From a virus, in the UHGV virus genome UHGV-0382272: DNA of 34,558 bases; one strand, given 5' to 3'. This document shows positions 6,317 through 14,716 of the stretch, piece by piece. The notes below the pieces were generated by a model. That model had not been told where the DNA came from. It saw only the letters and a program-made list of their open reading frames with translations, and did no database searches. A program made the position numbers and the translations under genes. How positions within the stretch are numbered: the first letter of the stretch is position 1; every line of letters begins with the position of its first letter.

Positions 6317-6382
6317 TAAATCCTGATTTCGCAAGTATAGCATGGTTAATGCTTCGCATTTTGTGCTTGGAAATGTAGCCAT
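6197..6382 (-). CDS. Hypothetical 61-aa protein on the opposite strand, overlapping the 6068..6316 ORF
   Basis: AAAGGAGAA RBS 5 nt upstream of ATG (reverse complement at 6380-6382). Helical, charged sequence (TPEEIADKYEEAYRKIRKQ). Only one of the two overlapping ORFs may be real. Confidence 0.35.
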   Translation of the reverse strand: MATFPSTKCEALTMLYLRNQDLSSLTPEEIADKYEEAYRKIRKQDSKNNSAKLNTNISGGI

Positions 6383-6508
6383 ATCATTTCTCCTTTCGTT
6401 TTACTCAGGCATGGCAGTGCCCTGTATTTACAGTATAGGAGATAAGCAAAAAGAAAGCAATCCCGCCACGGAGGTTACGACGGCAATAAAAATAGGAGGT
6501 AAAAGGTA

Positions 6509-7270
6509 TTGAACGAATTATTTACAGTAAACACAGATGGTAACGAACCTACCATATCGGCCAGAGACTTACACAAGGCTCTCGGAATCAGAAAGAGATT
6601 TTCTGAGTGGTTCGAAAAGAATTCGCAAGGATTCATTGAAGATGATGATTTTACAAGTGTACTTTCGGGTACGGTTGTAAATAACGGAGCAAAAAGAGAA
6701 TTACAAGACTATCAATTATCTACCGACATGGCAAAGCACATCTGTCTTATGAGCAGAACTGAAAAAGGGAGAGAGTGCCGGCAAAGATTGATTGATCTCG
6801 AGAAAGCATGGAACACGCCGGAACAGGTAATGGCAAGAGCCTTAAAGATGGCAGGTAAGACCATCGACAGCCTGAAAGACAGGTGCAAATTTCTTGGTGG
6901 GCAAGTTGTGGAACAACAGAAGCTGATTGAAGAAATGACACCGAAAGCGAATTACGTTGACCACATTCTGGAATCAAAATCGTTGGTGGCAACCACGCAG
7001 ATCGCCAAGGACTACGGAATGTCAGCAGTGCGATTTAACCGGATTCTGAATGATATGAAAATCCAGTACAAGGTCAATAAGCAGTGGGTTCTTTATTCGA
7101 AATATCAGAATTGTGGGTATGTACATAGTAAAACCATTGATATTACAAGGAGTAATGGGGATCCAGACGTAACAATGCAGACACAGTGGACACAGAAAGG
7201 GCGCCTGTTTTTATACGAGGAACTCAAGAAAAACGGAATCCATCCAGTAATTGAACAGAATGTAGCATAA
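6509..7270 (+). CDS. Phage antirepressor (AntA/AntB N-terminal domain plus KilA-C domain)
   Basis: TTG start with AGGAGGT RBS. N-terminus ELFTVNTDGNEPTISARDLHKALGI...FSEWFEKN (AntA-like). C-terminus ANYVDHILESKSLVATTQIAKDYGMSAVRFNRILND (KilA-C). Confidence 0.7.
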   Translation: MNELFTVNTDGNEPTISARDLHKALGIRKRFSEWFEKNSQGFIEDDDFTSVLSGTVVNNGAKRELQDYQLSTDMAKHICLMSRTEKGRECRQRLIDLEKAWNTPEQVMARALKMAGKTIDSLKDRCKFLGGQVVEQQKLIEEMTPKANYVDHILESKSLVATTQIAKDYGMSAVRFNRILNDMKIQYKVNKQWVLYSKYQNCGYVHSKTIDITRSNGDPDVTMQTQWTQKGRLFLYEELKKNGIHPVIEQNVA

Positions 7271-7280
7271 GGAGGTACAC

Positions 7281-7439
7281 ATGAGCGAAAAAGAAAAGGA
7301 AATCATTAGAAAAGTAGCGCAAGCACTGCCGGATATGTCCGACATGAATAAAGGATACTTTCTCGGCTTTGCAGAAGCAATGGCATCAAAGAAAGATGCG
7401 AAAAATGAAGAGGAGAAGGAGGAAAAAGAGAATGTTTAG
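7281..7439 (+). CDS. 52-aa hypothetical protein (MSEKEKEIIRKVAQALPDMSDMNKGYFLGFAEAMASKKDAKNEEEKEEKENV)
   Basis: AAGGAGGT RBS. Absent from the ORF track because of size. Confidence 0.45.
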   Translation: MSEKEKEIIRKVAQALPDMSDMNKGYFLGFAEAMASKKDAKNEEEKEEKENV

Positions 7440-7827
7440 CACTGTAAAAATAGAAAACGGGATAATTTTAGACGGCAAGAAACTTAACTGCGTGAAATCA
7501 TACAAATTAGAACAGAAAGAGGGAGAATGCGTCGCTGATCTTACAGTAAATATGGATGTCCAGGTTTTTGGGGGCATCATTAAGACACCAGGTATTGTAG
7601 CCGGCAGTATTAAAACTGAAAAACTTTCTGGTCTTCTGCTTACCGACCTATTGAAAGTGATTGAAAGCAACACAGTATTGAGGGTGAGTTACACAGAGGA
7701 CGAGGTTTTGAAAACAACGCTTTTTCGTCAAGGCAACATTGAGTCGGAAAGCGAGAAATGGCGCGGGAAAATTGTGAAAACAGTAACAGCAAAAGGCAAT
7801 ATCTTGGAAGTTGAATTGGAGGATTGA
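7432..7827 (+). CDS. Hypothetical protein (131 aa)
   Basis: Start at MFSTVKIENG with AAGGAGG upstream. The track ORF 7369.. is an upstream extension that overlaps the previous gene. Confidence 0.5.
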   Translation: MFSTVKIENGIILDGKKLNCVKSYKLEQKEGECVADLTVNMDVQVFGGIIKTPGIVAGSIKTEKLSGLLLTDLLKVIESNTVLRVSYTEDEVLKTTLFRQGNIESESEKWRGKIVKTVTAKGNILEVELED

Positions 7828-7831
7828 TAAC

Positions 7832-8080
7832 GTGCCAAGAACAGCAGTTGGAGAAAACGAAATAAAAAACCGGGTTTTGCGTGGCAGTATTGACAATGCG
7901 AAAAGGTTAAAGGATATAGGGATGGATGATCTTTCGGCTCTTACAGGCATACCAGAAAGCACCCTGTACGCCAAAATACGTGAGCCGGATAAATTTAATT
8001 TACGGGAATTAAGGCTGATATGCAAGGCGTTGAGAATCCCGGAAGAAGAGAAGCAGAGACTCGGCGGCTTGATATTGTAA
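7832..8080 (+). CDS. Putative HTH DNA-binding protein
   Basis: GTG start after a GGAGG RBS (alternative TTG at 7811). LSALTGIPESTLYAKIREPDKFNLRELRLICKAL is HTH-like. Confidence 0.4.
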   Translation: MPRTAVGENEIKNRVLRGSIDNAKRLKDIGMDDLSALTGIPESTLYAKIREPDKFNLRELRLICKALRIPEEEKQRLGGLIL

Positions 8081-8103
8081 TTGCTATGAAGGGAGGACAA
8101 GCT

Positions 8104-8289
8104 ATGAAAAGGCTGACAATCAATCAGATTGAGAAATTCATCCAGACGCTGGAATCAACAGAAAGAGTGAATGATTATTCCGAACATCAGAAATTACATG
8201 CAATCGCCTGTCTGGGGAATTACAGAGCGGAATTAGAGTATCAAGGTAGAAAATCCGTGAAATTAAAGGAGGTAGACGATGGAAATTAA
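8104..8289 (+). CDS. Hypothetical protein (61 aa)
   Basis: GGGAGG RBS before ATG 8104. Confidence 0.45.
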   Translation: MKRLTINQIEKFIQTLESTERVNDYSEHQKLHAIACLGNYRAELEYQGRKSVKLKEVDDGN

Positions 8290-8467
8290 AGGAACCTACC
8301 ACTGCCAGACCACCCACCACCACAACACATTAAACAGCTGGGACATCCGGTCAGTCTCCGTAGATCTGCCGGAAGTACAGGATAAGCCTTACTGGCACAA
8401 GGTTGCAGCAGCTGTGATCGGGTTCGTGCTGGCGATGATCGGATGGTGGCTAGTGTTTGGGTATTAA
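8279..8467 (+). CDS. Small membrane protein (C-terminal TM helix, His-rich N-terminus)
   Basis: AAGGAGG upstream. VAAAVIGFVLAMIGWWLVFGY is a TM helix. Confidence 0.4.
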   Translation: MEIKGTYHCQTTHHHNTLNSWDIRSVSVDLPEVQDKPYWHKVAAAVIGFVLAMIGWWLVFGY

Positions 8468-8554
8468 AAATGAGCACCTACAAAAAGGCTGGGGAGCCGT
8501 AGGCACTCTGACAAAAAATCAAGAATATAGTAACAGATTTTAGGAGGATAAGCA

Positions 8555-8818
8555 ATGGACAGAAAGAAAATACATGAACTTTTAGACTTAATTCTTGAGA
8601 TTCAAGAGCGTGGAGAAGGTAAGGATGGGTACCCTTATGTAAGCATTGAATTTTCGAACTACGGTGGCAGAATACTTCTCTGCGCGCAAGAAAACGGATT
8701 TGTTGCTAATGGAGATTACGATTTGTTCGATGGTATCGGAACAGATCAACAACTAGATGATGCAATCGTTTTAGCGGAAGTGTTACTGGAAAAAGCAGTA
8801 GATATGGTGGGCGAATAA
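8555..8818 (+). CDS. Hypothetical protein (87 aa)
   Basis: TAGGAGGA RBS. Confidence 0.5.
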   Translation: MDRKKIHELLDLILEIQERGEGKDGYPYVSIEFSNYGGRILLCAQENGFVANGDYDLFDGIGTDQQLDDAIVLAEVLLEKAVDMVGE

Positions 8819-8943
8819 TATGTACGGATATACAGAAGAACTGGAAGAAATAACAGATCAAGAAGCGGCTGAAAAAGACAGATATTTTAGGGTACGCAAA
8901 AGGCACTATCAGAATTATTGTGATTTTATGGAGGAAATAACAA

Positions 8944-9408
8944 ATGGCAACATTATACGAGATTGACGAAGAGATTTTAGATTGTGTAGATCAGGAAACA
9001 GGCGAGATTATCGACCCGGAAAAGCTGGCACAGTTGCAGATGGATTTTGACAAAAAGGTAGAGGGAATTGCTCTCTGGATCAAAAACCTCTTATCTGATG
9101 CAGAAGCAATCAAGGCAGAGAAAAATAAACTGGCTGACCGCCAGAAATCATGTGAAAACAAGGCAAGAAACTTAAAAGAATACCTGTCTGGTTATTTGTG
9201 TGGTGAAAAATTTAAGACACCAAGAGTCAGCATCTCTTATCGAAAATCAGAGAGTGTAGAGGTGCAAGATGTTTCAAAACTGGACAAGGAATACTTGAAA
9301 TTTGCTGATCCTGAGGTTGATAAAACAAAGGTGAAAAAGGCACTGAAAGATGGTGTTGAGTTATCTGGAGTTGTATTGGTACAGAACAATAATATTCAGA
9401 TTCGGTAG
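8944..9408 (+). CDS. Sipho_Gp157-family protein (accessory to phage recombination modules)
   Basis: MATLYEIDEEILD... N-terminus and overall architecture of the Gp157 family. It sits immediately upstream of the single-strand annealing protein. Confidence 0.7.
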   Translation: MATLYEIDEEILDCVDQETGEIIDPEKLAQLQMDFDKKVEGIALWIKNLLSDAEAIKAEKNKLADRQKSCENKARNLKEYLSGYLCGEKFKTPRVSISYRKSESVEVQDVSKLDKEYLKFADPEVDKTKVKKALKDGVELSGVVLVQNNNIQIR

Positions 9409-9416
9409 GTGCAATC

Positions 9417-10019
9417 ATGGGAAATTTGGATTTATATAACAGGGTTAGAATTGTCCCGGAAGAGGCAAAGAAGCCTATCAAAGGCGGCCGCTTGAACGGA
9501 ATGACGGATATTAACCCTATGTGGAGAATCAAAGTACTTACAAGTGAATATGGTCCGTGTGGCATTGGCTGGTTTTACAAGCCTGTTAAGAAATGGACGG
9601 AGCAGGCAGGAGGTGAAACAGTTGCATTCGTAGATATCGAACTGTTTATAAAGGTAGATGGTGAGTGGTCGCAACCGATCTGTGGAACTGGGGGGAGTAA
9701 GCTATCGCAAAACGAAAGAAATGGTCTTTTTGTTTCCGATGAATGTTACAAAATGGCAACAACAGACGCTATTTCTGTAGCTTGTAAGCAGCTTGGAATT
9801 GGAGCAGACGTGTACTTTGGGGCAGATAGAACTAAGTACGATTCTCCATTTGAAAGAGTGGAGCGAGTGCGAAACGAACTGAAAAAGCGCAGATGTTCAG
9901 AAGCGAATTTTATGCAGGTATATAGGTTGGATAATATTGAACAGGTGACAGATAGCCAAATCAAAGATTTTATAGCGAGAATGGAGGCGGCAAAGCATGA
10001 CAGTGTGGATCAGAAGTAG
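9417..10019 (+). CDS. Single-strand annealing protein, Rad52/Sak-like
   Basis: NPMWRIK (like ISWRVG), hairpin GTGG, and KMATTDAISVACKQLGIG aligning to Rad52 KEAVTDGLKRALRSFG. Context is Gp157 upstream and NinB/RusA downstream. Confidence 0.65.
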   Translation: MGNLDLYNRVRIVPEEAKKPIKGGRLNGMTDINPMWRIKVLTSEYGPCGIGWFYKPVKKWTEQAGGETVAFVDIELFIKVDGEWSQPICGTGGSKLSQNERNGLFVSDECYKMATTDAISVACKQLGIGADVYFGADRTKYDSPFERVERVRNELKKRRCSEANFMQVYRLDNIEQVTDSQIKDFIARMEAAKHDSVDQK

Positions 10020-10512
10020 AGTGCAGATGCCGAACTACGTGAAAGAAAGTATTAGATCATTGGTAAAGTCGATTTGCGATAAAGATGTCGATGTGAGTAT
10101 TGCTCTGCACAAAGAATCAAAAACAGATCAGCAAAGAAAATACTTTTGGACGCTGGTAAAAGAACTCCGCAGCGTTATGAAAAACGGACAGACTGAAAAC
10201 GATGTGTATTTGCATCTTTTAAGGATATACGGGACGTCAGATTTTATAAGCCTTCCGTCCGATCAGGTGCATCTTGCAAGAGCTTGTTACCGGATTGTAG
10301 AAGTACAGAACAAGAAAGAGTTCGTGAACAAGGAAAATGAGTACATTACTGTTTGTACTTTGCGCTGTTGGAAGGGATTGAGCGAATACGATACCAACGA
10401 AGCTTGCATGTTGATAGATGGAGCGGTGGAAGAGTGCAAAAGTCTTGGTATTCCGACAGATACACCGGATGAGATTCGGAAAATGAAAGAGATGTGGGGG
10501 ATTGAATTATAA
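9997..10512 (+). CDS. NinB/Orf-family recombination mediator (tentative)
   Basis: SKTDQQRKYFWTLVKELRSV resembles lambda NinB RSLDQNRKLWACLGDVSRQV. Position after the SSAP fits. Confidence 0.5.
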   Translation: MTVWIRSRVQMPNYVKESIRSLVKSICDKDVDVSIALHKESKTDQQRKYFWTLVKELRSVMKNGQTENDVYLHLLRIYGTSDFISLPSDQVHLARACYRIVEVQNKKEFVNKENEYITVCTLRCWKGLSEYDTNEACMLIDGAVEECKSLGIPTDTPDEIRKMKEMWGIEL

Positions 10513-10529
10513 GCATTGATTACAGTGAC

Positions 10530-10889
10530 ATGGCATTCCCAAAGCCGAAGCGAAAGAAAAAGAAAAAAGGTCATCAAAGAGCATCCGGCAGACCAAAGAA
10601 GCTGTGGAGCATATTTACAGAGGACATGGATCATTGCATGTACACCGGAGTTTACGGAGTGGAGCGTCATCATATTTTTAGCCACACATCGAGAGAAATT
10701 GAGCTTTCGGAAGATTATGGATTTATAGCTCCATTGAGACCGGATCTGCATCCAAACGGAACAAGGGCAGGGGAGAATGCATCGAAAGTAGACCGATACT
10801 TAAGAAAACGCTGTAAGGAGTATTATTTGCAGCACTACGGAACAGAAGAGCAGTTCCGACAAGAATTTCACTATGTTAGTAAGGGTTAA
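10530..10889 (+). CDS. Hypothetical protein with Lys-rich N-terminus and His-rich core (possible NinG/HNH-like nuclease; uncertain)
   Basis: MAFPKPKRKKKKKGHQRASGRPKK...HCMYTG...ERHHIFSH. It lies between NinB-like and RusA, as NinG does in lambdoid nin regions. Confidence 0.4.
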   Translation: MAFPKPKRKKKKKGHQRASGRPKKLWSIFTEDMDHCMYTGVYGVERHHIFSHTSREIELSEDYGFIAPLRPDLHPNGTRAGENASKVDRYLRKRCKEYYLQHYGTEEQFRQEFHYVSKG

Positions 10890-10968
10890 ACCTTTGCTAT
10901 AAATTGTAACCCGTTCATGGCTGCTGCACAGTACGTCACAAATACCTTAAGTAAGCCAGATTCATTGT

Positions 10969-10987
10969 CTCCCGGTAACTCCGGGAG
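10969..10987 (+). other. 7-bp hairpin CTCCCGG-taact-CCGGGAG immediately 5' of the RusA RBS
   Basis: Perfect inverted repeat with no U-tract. Possible mRNA processing or stability element. Confidence 0.25.
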
Positions 10988-11002
10988 CAGAAAGGAGAAC
11001 GA

Positions 11003-11413
11003 ATGATAATTACAATTCCGGGAAAACCGGTTGGAAAAGCAAGACCAAGATTCCACAGAGCCGGATTTAAGGTCATTACATACACGCCACCAGAAAGCAA
11101 GAAGTACGAAAAGGAAGTTGCGAGGATTTATAAACAAAGCGCAGGCGTGCTTTATACAGAGATACCTCTGAGAGTTCGTATTTTAGCGAAATTTCCGATT
11201 CCAGAGAGCTGGTCTAAGAAGAATAAGGAGAAAGCATTAAAAGGAGAAATAAAGCCGAATAAGAAGCCTGACTTAGACAACATTGCAAAAATCATTTTGG
11301 ATGGACTGAACGGAGTCGCATACACCGATGATAAGCAGGTGACCAGTCTGGAGATTGAAAAAGTGTACTCGGACACGCCTTGCGTGGTGGTCTATATTGC
11401 GGAGGACGAGTGA
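11003..11413 (+). CDS. rusA: RusA Holliday-junction resolvase
   Basis: IPGKPVGKARPRF ... KKPDLDNIAKIILDGLNGVAYTDDKQV is the RusA signature. AAAGGAGAA RBS. Confidence 0.85.
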   Translation: MIITIPGKPVGKARPRFHRAGFKVITYTPPESKKYEKEVARIYKQSAGVLYTEIPLRVRILAKFPIPESWSKKNKEKALKGEIKPNKKPDLDNIAKIILDGLNGVAYTDDKQVTSLEIEKVYSDTPCVVVYIAEDE

Positions 11414-12285
11414 TGGCAGAGGTAAAGTGGATCAAGATTACAACAGACATGTTTGATAATCGCAAAATCAAGCATCTGCGGAAATTACCGGACGGGAACA
11501 ATATTGTCCTGATCTGGGTAATGCTACTCACGATGGCTGGCCGGTGTAATAGTAACGGCATGGTATTTTTAACGCAAAACATCCCGTACACGCCTAAAAT
11601 GCTGGCAGACGAGTTGGATTTTGAAGAGAATACCGTGAAATTAGCTTTGCAATCACTGGAGCAGCTTGAAATGATCGTGACGGACAATGGATTTTTTACT
11701 ATTCCGGGTTGGGAAGAGCACCAGAACGCGGAAGCCCTCGAGAAAATCAGGGAGCAGAACCGGATTAGGAAGCAAAAACAGAGGGAAAAACAAAAAATTG
11801 AGTGTGTCACAGAAATGTCACGCGACGTAAGTGTGACAAATTTGGGAAGTCACGCTACAGATATAGATAAAGAAGAAGATAAAGATAAAGATAATAATAT
11901 ATGTGTCCCGTACAAAGAGATCATAACTTACCTGAATGAAAAGACAGGCAAGAAACTAAGGTGGGATGTTAAGAGTAACCAGAAGGAAATAAAAGCCAGA
12001 TTCAATGAAGGATACACTCTGGATGACTTTAAGACGGTGATTGATAAAAAATACCATGAGTGGGGCAGAAAACCTACAAAAGAGGAATTACAGCGCGGAG
12101 TTAATGATATGAGGATATATCTAAGACCAAAAACCCTGTTCGGCAGTAATTTCGATGTTTATCTTAACCAAGAGCAGACGGAAAAAATGCCAGCAAAACC
12201 GCCAGTAAGCAGAAATTTAAACAACTTCGAACGCAGAGGATACGACATGGACTCTCTGGAAGAGCAGCTGTTGAATTCAAATTAA
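11413..12285 (+). CDS. Phage replisome organizer / replication initiation protein (phage_rep_org_N plus conserved phage C-terminal Phg_2220_C domain)
   Basis: KWIKITTDMFDNRKIKHL...VLIWVMLLTMAG at the N-terminus and ICVPYKEIITYLNEKTGKKLRW...ARFNEGYTLDDFKTVIDKK at the C-terminus. ATG overlaps the rusA stop (TGATG). Confidence 0.85.
   Translation: MAEVKWIKITTDMFDNRKIKHLRKLPDGNNIVLIWVMLLTMAGRCNSNGMVFLTQNIPYTPKMLADELDFEENTVKLALQSLEQLEMIVTDNGFFTIPGWEEHQNAEALEKIREQNRIRKQKQREKQKIECVTEMSRDVSVTNLGSHATDIDKEEDKDKDNNICVPYKEIITYLNEKTGKKLRWDVKSNQKEIKARFNEGYTLDDFKTVIDKKYHEWGRKPTKEELQRGVNDMRIYLRPKTLFGSNFDVYLNQEQTEKMPAKPPVSRNLNNFERRGYDMDSLEEQLLNSN
11800..11905. other. Candidate origin of replication inside the replisome-organizer linker: GTCAC iterons plus an AT-rich GATAAA repeat tract
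   Basis: GTCAC at 11806, 11817 and 11849 and inverted GTGAC at 11833, followed by GATATAGATAAAGAAGAAGATAAAGATAAAGATAATAATATATG. Confidence 0.4.
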
Positions 12286-12296
12286 GGAGGAGCAAA

Positions 12297-13028
12297 ATGA
12301 AAGAAGAATTATTTAAAATGGCACAGGAGTGCCTTTCCGAGGAAGAAGTAAAGGAAATCCTCAGAAATAAATTCAAGGAATCGATAGAATCGGCAATAGA
12401 ATCAGCGTTTAGATGGGGAAAAGTAGAAAGTGCACTGAGGAAAAAAATAGACGAAGTTATGGTGCCGTACATAGAGAAGTATGATTTTTCGGAATACCTT
12501 CCGAAGTTGGATACGGTGCTTACAGAAATCGTAAATTCCGATGCTTGTATCGAGAATAAAAAGATTCTGGAAAATTTTAAGGAATTATCAATCAAGCAGG
12601 AAGAAAAAGAAATGAAAGTCACTGATCTGTTTAATGCATGGATTGCAATGTGCGAAAAGAAGATCAGTACAACTGGTCTGGAAGTGGAGTTTGACGATGG
12701 ACCATACTACGAATCGGTCAGTTGCGAGATGCTAATAGAAGAGAGTGAAAGATCTACTTGGGGCTCCCTGCATAGGGCGGTAATCATTTTCGAAAACGAA
12801 CACGATGAAGGGTTGAATATGGAAATTCCGATATCGAAATGGGATTTTGAGAAAGAGTATACACTTGACAGTTTGGGATGTGTAGACATTAAGTCGTTGA
12901 GATACCTTGGGGAATTCGACATGCTGTTGCTGAGATTACAAAGAGCGGGAACGAAAATCATCATAAACGAAATGGAAGCAGATGGAGAAATATGTCCAGA
13001 GGAAGAGCCAGAAGCAAGCTTTAGTTAG
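12297..13028 (+). CDS. Hypothetical protein (243 aa) in the slot usually held by a helicase loader
   Basis: AAGGAGGAG RBS. No Walker motifs seen. Confidence 0.5.
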   Translation: MKEELFKMAQECLSEEEVKEILRNKFKESIESAIESAFRWGKVESALRKKIDEVMVPYIEKYDFSEYLPKLDTVLTEIVNSDACIENKKILENFKELSIKQEEKEMKVTDLFNAWIAMCEKKISTTGLEVEFDDGPYYESVSCEMLIEESERSTWGSLHRAVIIFENEHDEGLNMEIPISKWDFEKEYTLDSLGCVDIKSLRYLGEFDMLLLRLQRAGTKIIINEMEADGEICPEEEPEASFS

Positions 13029-13036
13029 GAGGAATT

Positions 13037-13615
13037 ATGGAACCGAAGAAAGTAACAATAAATTACGCTCTGCTCTGCAAGGAATTGGAGAAGCAGGGCA
13101 AGACGAAAGAAAAATTCTCGGCGGAACTCGGGAGAAGCAAGTCTTTTGTCTGTAATATGGCGAAGAACCCGGAACAGACAGAAGATTTTGAAAGAACCAT
13201 GTGTTTACTTCTCGGACTTAAACCGGGAAGTCTGGTAAAAGAGCCGGAAAAGAAAGGCATGACCGCAGCACAGGCGCTTACAGTCATCCGGGATGAGATT
13301 TTAGAGAACCGCAGAATCATGCAAGAGAATTTTGAAAAGATCTGGAATAAGATGAACACCAATACCGTCCAATTGGAAAAGATCAAGGACAAGGTCAATA
13401 CGATGTCAAAGACCGACTACGACAAAGCATTAGAGTGGCTAAAAGACAAGATGGAAGGCGGACGATATGACGGAGCGAAACTGCTCATGGAGTCAGATGC
13501 AGCGGGAATCAAACGGTCAGATGTTATGAAAGCAAGAAACGAATTAAAAATAAAGATACAGACAACCGGATATGGAAAGAACGTGAAAGCATGGTGGAGT
13601 TTAGAAAGGGAGTAA
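13037..13615 (+). CDS. Hypothetical protein with N-terminal HTH-like segment and coiled-coil C-terminus
   Basis: TAGGAGGAA RBS. FSAELGRSKSFVCNMAKNPEQ is HTH-like. Confidence 0.5.
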   Translation: MEPKKVTINYALLCKELEKQGKTKEKFSAELGRSKSFVCNMAKNPEQTEDFERTMCLLLGLKPGSLVKEPEKKGMTAAQALTVIRDEILENRRIMQENFEKIWNKMNTNTVQLEKIKDKVNTMSKTDYDKALEWLKDKMEGGRYDGAKLLMESDAAGIKRSDVMKARNELKIKIQTTGYGKNVKAWWSLERE

Positions 13616-13617
13616 GC

Positions 13618-13746
13618 ATGGACAGAGGAAAATACAGCTTTAGCAGCCATAGAAAACAGTCTGCAGGATTCAAACCGGGCAATATGGCAGCGTTTATGTA
13701 CGGCAGTACAAAGCGGAAGAGGAAGAAAAGGGTGAGAGGAAAATGA
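13618..13746 (+). CDS. 42-aa basic micro-protein (..GSTKRKRKKRVRGK)
   Basis: GGGAG RBS. Stop overlaps the next ATG (ATGA). Confidence 0.35.
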   Translation: MDRGKYSFSSHRKQSAGFKPGNMAAFMYGSTKRKRKKRVRGK

Positions 13747-14000
13747 GTAGACAAGCACACTTTCTGGATCCGTACCAGTTCCAAATCGAAGAGATGGTAA
13801 AACTCGGATGCTCGGATGAGCATATCCATAAAGTCTTACATGATATCCAGAAAGAGGAATTTACCAGAGATGATCTTATCCGGTACATGGATAAGATTGG
13901 GATCCGGAAAAGAAGAGCAGCGAAAAGATGGACGCGGAGCAAAGAAGTTGAGTGGGAAGAGCTTTGCAAGCAGTTAAGGAGAAAAAATGGGAAAAGTTGA
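13743..14000 (+). CDS. Hypothetical protein (85 aa)
   Basis: Translationally coupled chain. Confidence 0.45.
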   Translation: MSRQAHFLDPYQFQIEEMVKLGCSDEHIHKVLHDIQKEEFTRDDLIRYMDKIGIRKRRAAKRWTRSKEVEWEELCKQLRRKNGKS

Positions 14001-14370
14001 TGATTATACAGCCGGTAGATCACAGGGATTGATTCTAGCAAGGGAGATTGTAAAAAAAGACGGTATCGAGGGGCTGGAAAAAGAAATCCAGTTCCGGAAT
14101 ATCACAGGAATAAATACAGCGCTGACCAGAAAAGAACTAAACATTGCCTGTGAGAAAATCAAAAACATGACACTGGACACAATGATGGTGATCGCAGTCG
14201 CAACGCTGCATGATGAGTTCGGTTTTGCTGGGAAACGGTGCAAGAGATTTATTGACCGAATGAACCTGAAAGCAGAGTGTCTGGTGGACGATATGGCAAC
14301 ATGGGATGAATATACGAGGATGATAAAAGATGAGATTGGAATTGAGATGACGATACGGAGGAATGACTAA
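13987..14370 (+). CDS. Hypothetical protein (127 aa)
   Basis: Overlaps neighbouring genes at both ends. Confidence 0.45.
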   Translation: MGKVDDYTAGRSQGLILAREIVKKDGIEGLEKEIQFRNITGINTALTRKELNIACEKIKNMTLDTMMVIAVATLHDEFGFAGKRCKRFIDRMNLKAECLVDDMATWDEYTRMIKDEIGIEMTIRRND

Positions 14371-14546
14371 TGCCAAAAACAGAAGAAACACGCTTGCGAA
14401 AAGGTGACACGATCAAATGCGCTGATGCAGAGGATTGCGTGAGGACAATGAATGAATTGGCGGTCTGTGGGATAGAGACAGATTTTCTCTACGAAAAAGA
14501 TGGAGAGAGTGGTTTATGGTTAGAAGTGAAAGAGGTGGAAGAATGA
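14370..14546 (+). CDS. 58-aa hypothetical protein (MPKTEETRLRKGDTIKCADAEDCVRTMNELAVCGIETDF...)
   Basis: GGAGG RBS. TAATG and ATGA overlaps with neighbouring genes. Absent from the ORF track. Confidence 0.4.
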   Translation: MPKTEETRLRKGDTIKCADAEDCVRTMNELAVCGIETDFLYEKDGESGLWLEVKEVEE

Positions 14547-14716
14547 TTTTATTTTGCCCTGATTTGACTGGAAAAGAAGAGGTAAAAGCAATGCTTATTG
14601 GCAACGGCGATTATGTTAGACCAGTGTTGCATCCGTGTATTAAAGAAAAATGTGTAGCGTACAAGGATGGAAAGTGCATGAAATACGATAATGAAGTGGA
14701 GTGGAAAGATGAATAG
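14543..14716 (+). CDS. 57-aa Cys-rich protein (C-x26-C-x4-C-x7-C; possible zinc ribbon)
   Basis: MILFCPDL...HPCIKEKCVAYKDGKC. Confidence 0.4.
   Translation: MILFCPDLTGKEEVKAMLIGNGDYVRPVLHPCIKEKCVAYKDGKCMKYDNEVEWKDE

Noticed and set aside
8820-8966. 48-aa ORF (MYGYTEELEEITDQ...) between 8555..8818 and the Gp157 gene
   Set aside because: Only a weak GGTGGG RBS, and its 3' end overlaps the Gp157 start in another frame. Kept as unproven.
10552-10575. A-rich run (AAGCGAAAGAAAAAGAAAAAAGG) as a possible slippery or phase-variable tract
   Set aside because: It encodes the Lys-rich N-terminus (KPKRKKKKKG) in frame. The longest homopolymer is only A6 and there is no alternative frame product.
11292-11810. 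172-aa - strand ORF
   Set aside because: It is antisense to RusA and the replisome organizer, both high-confidence + strand genes.
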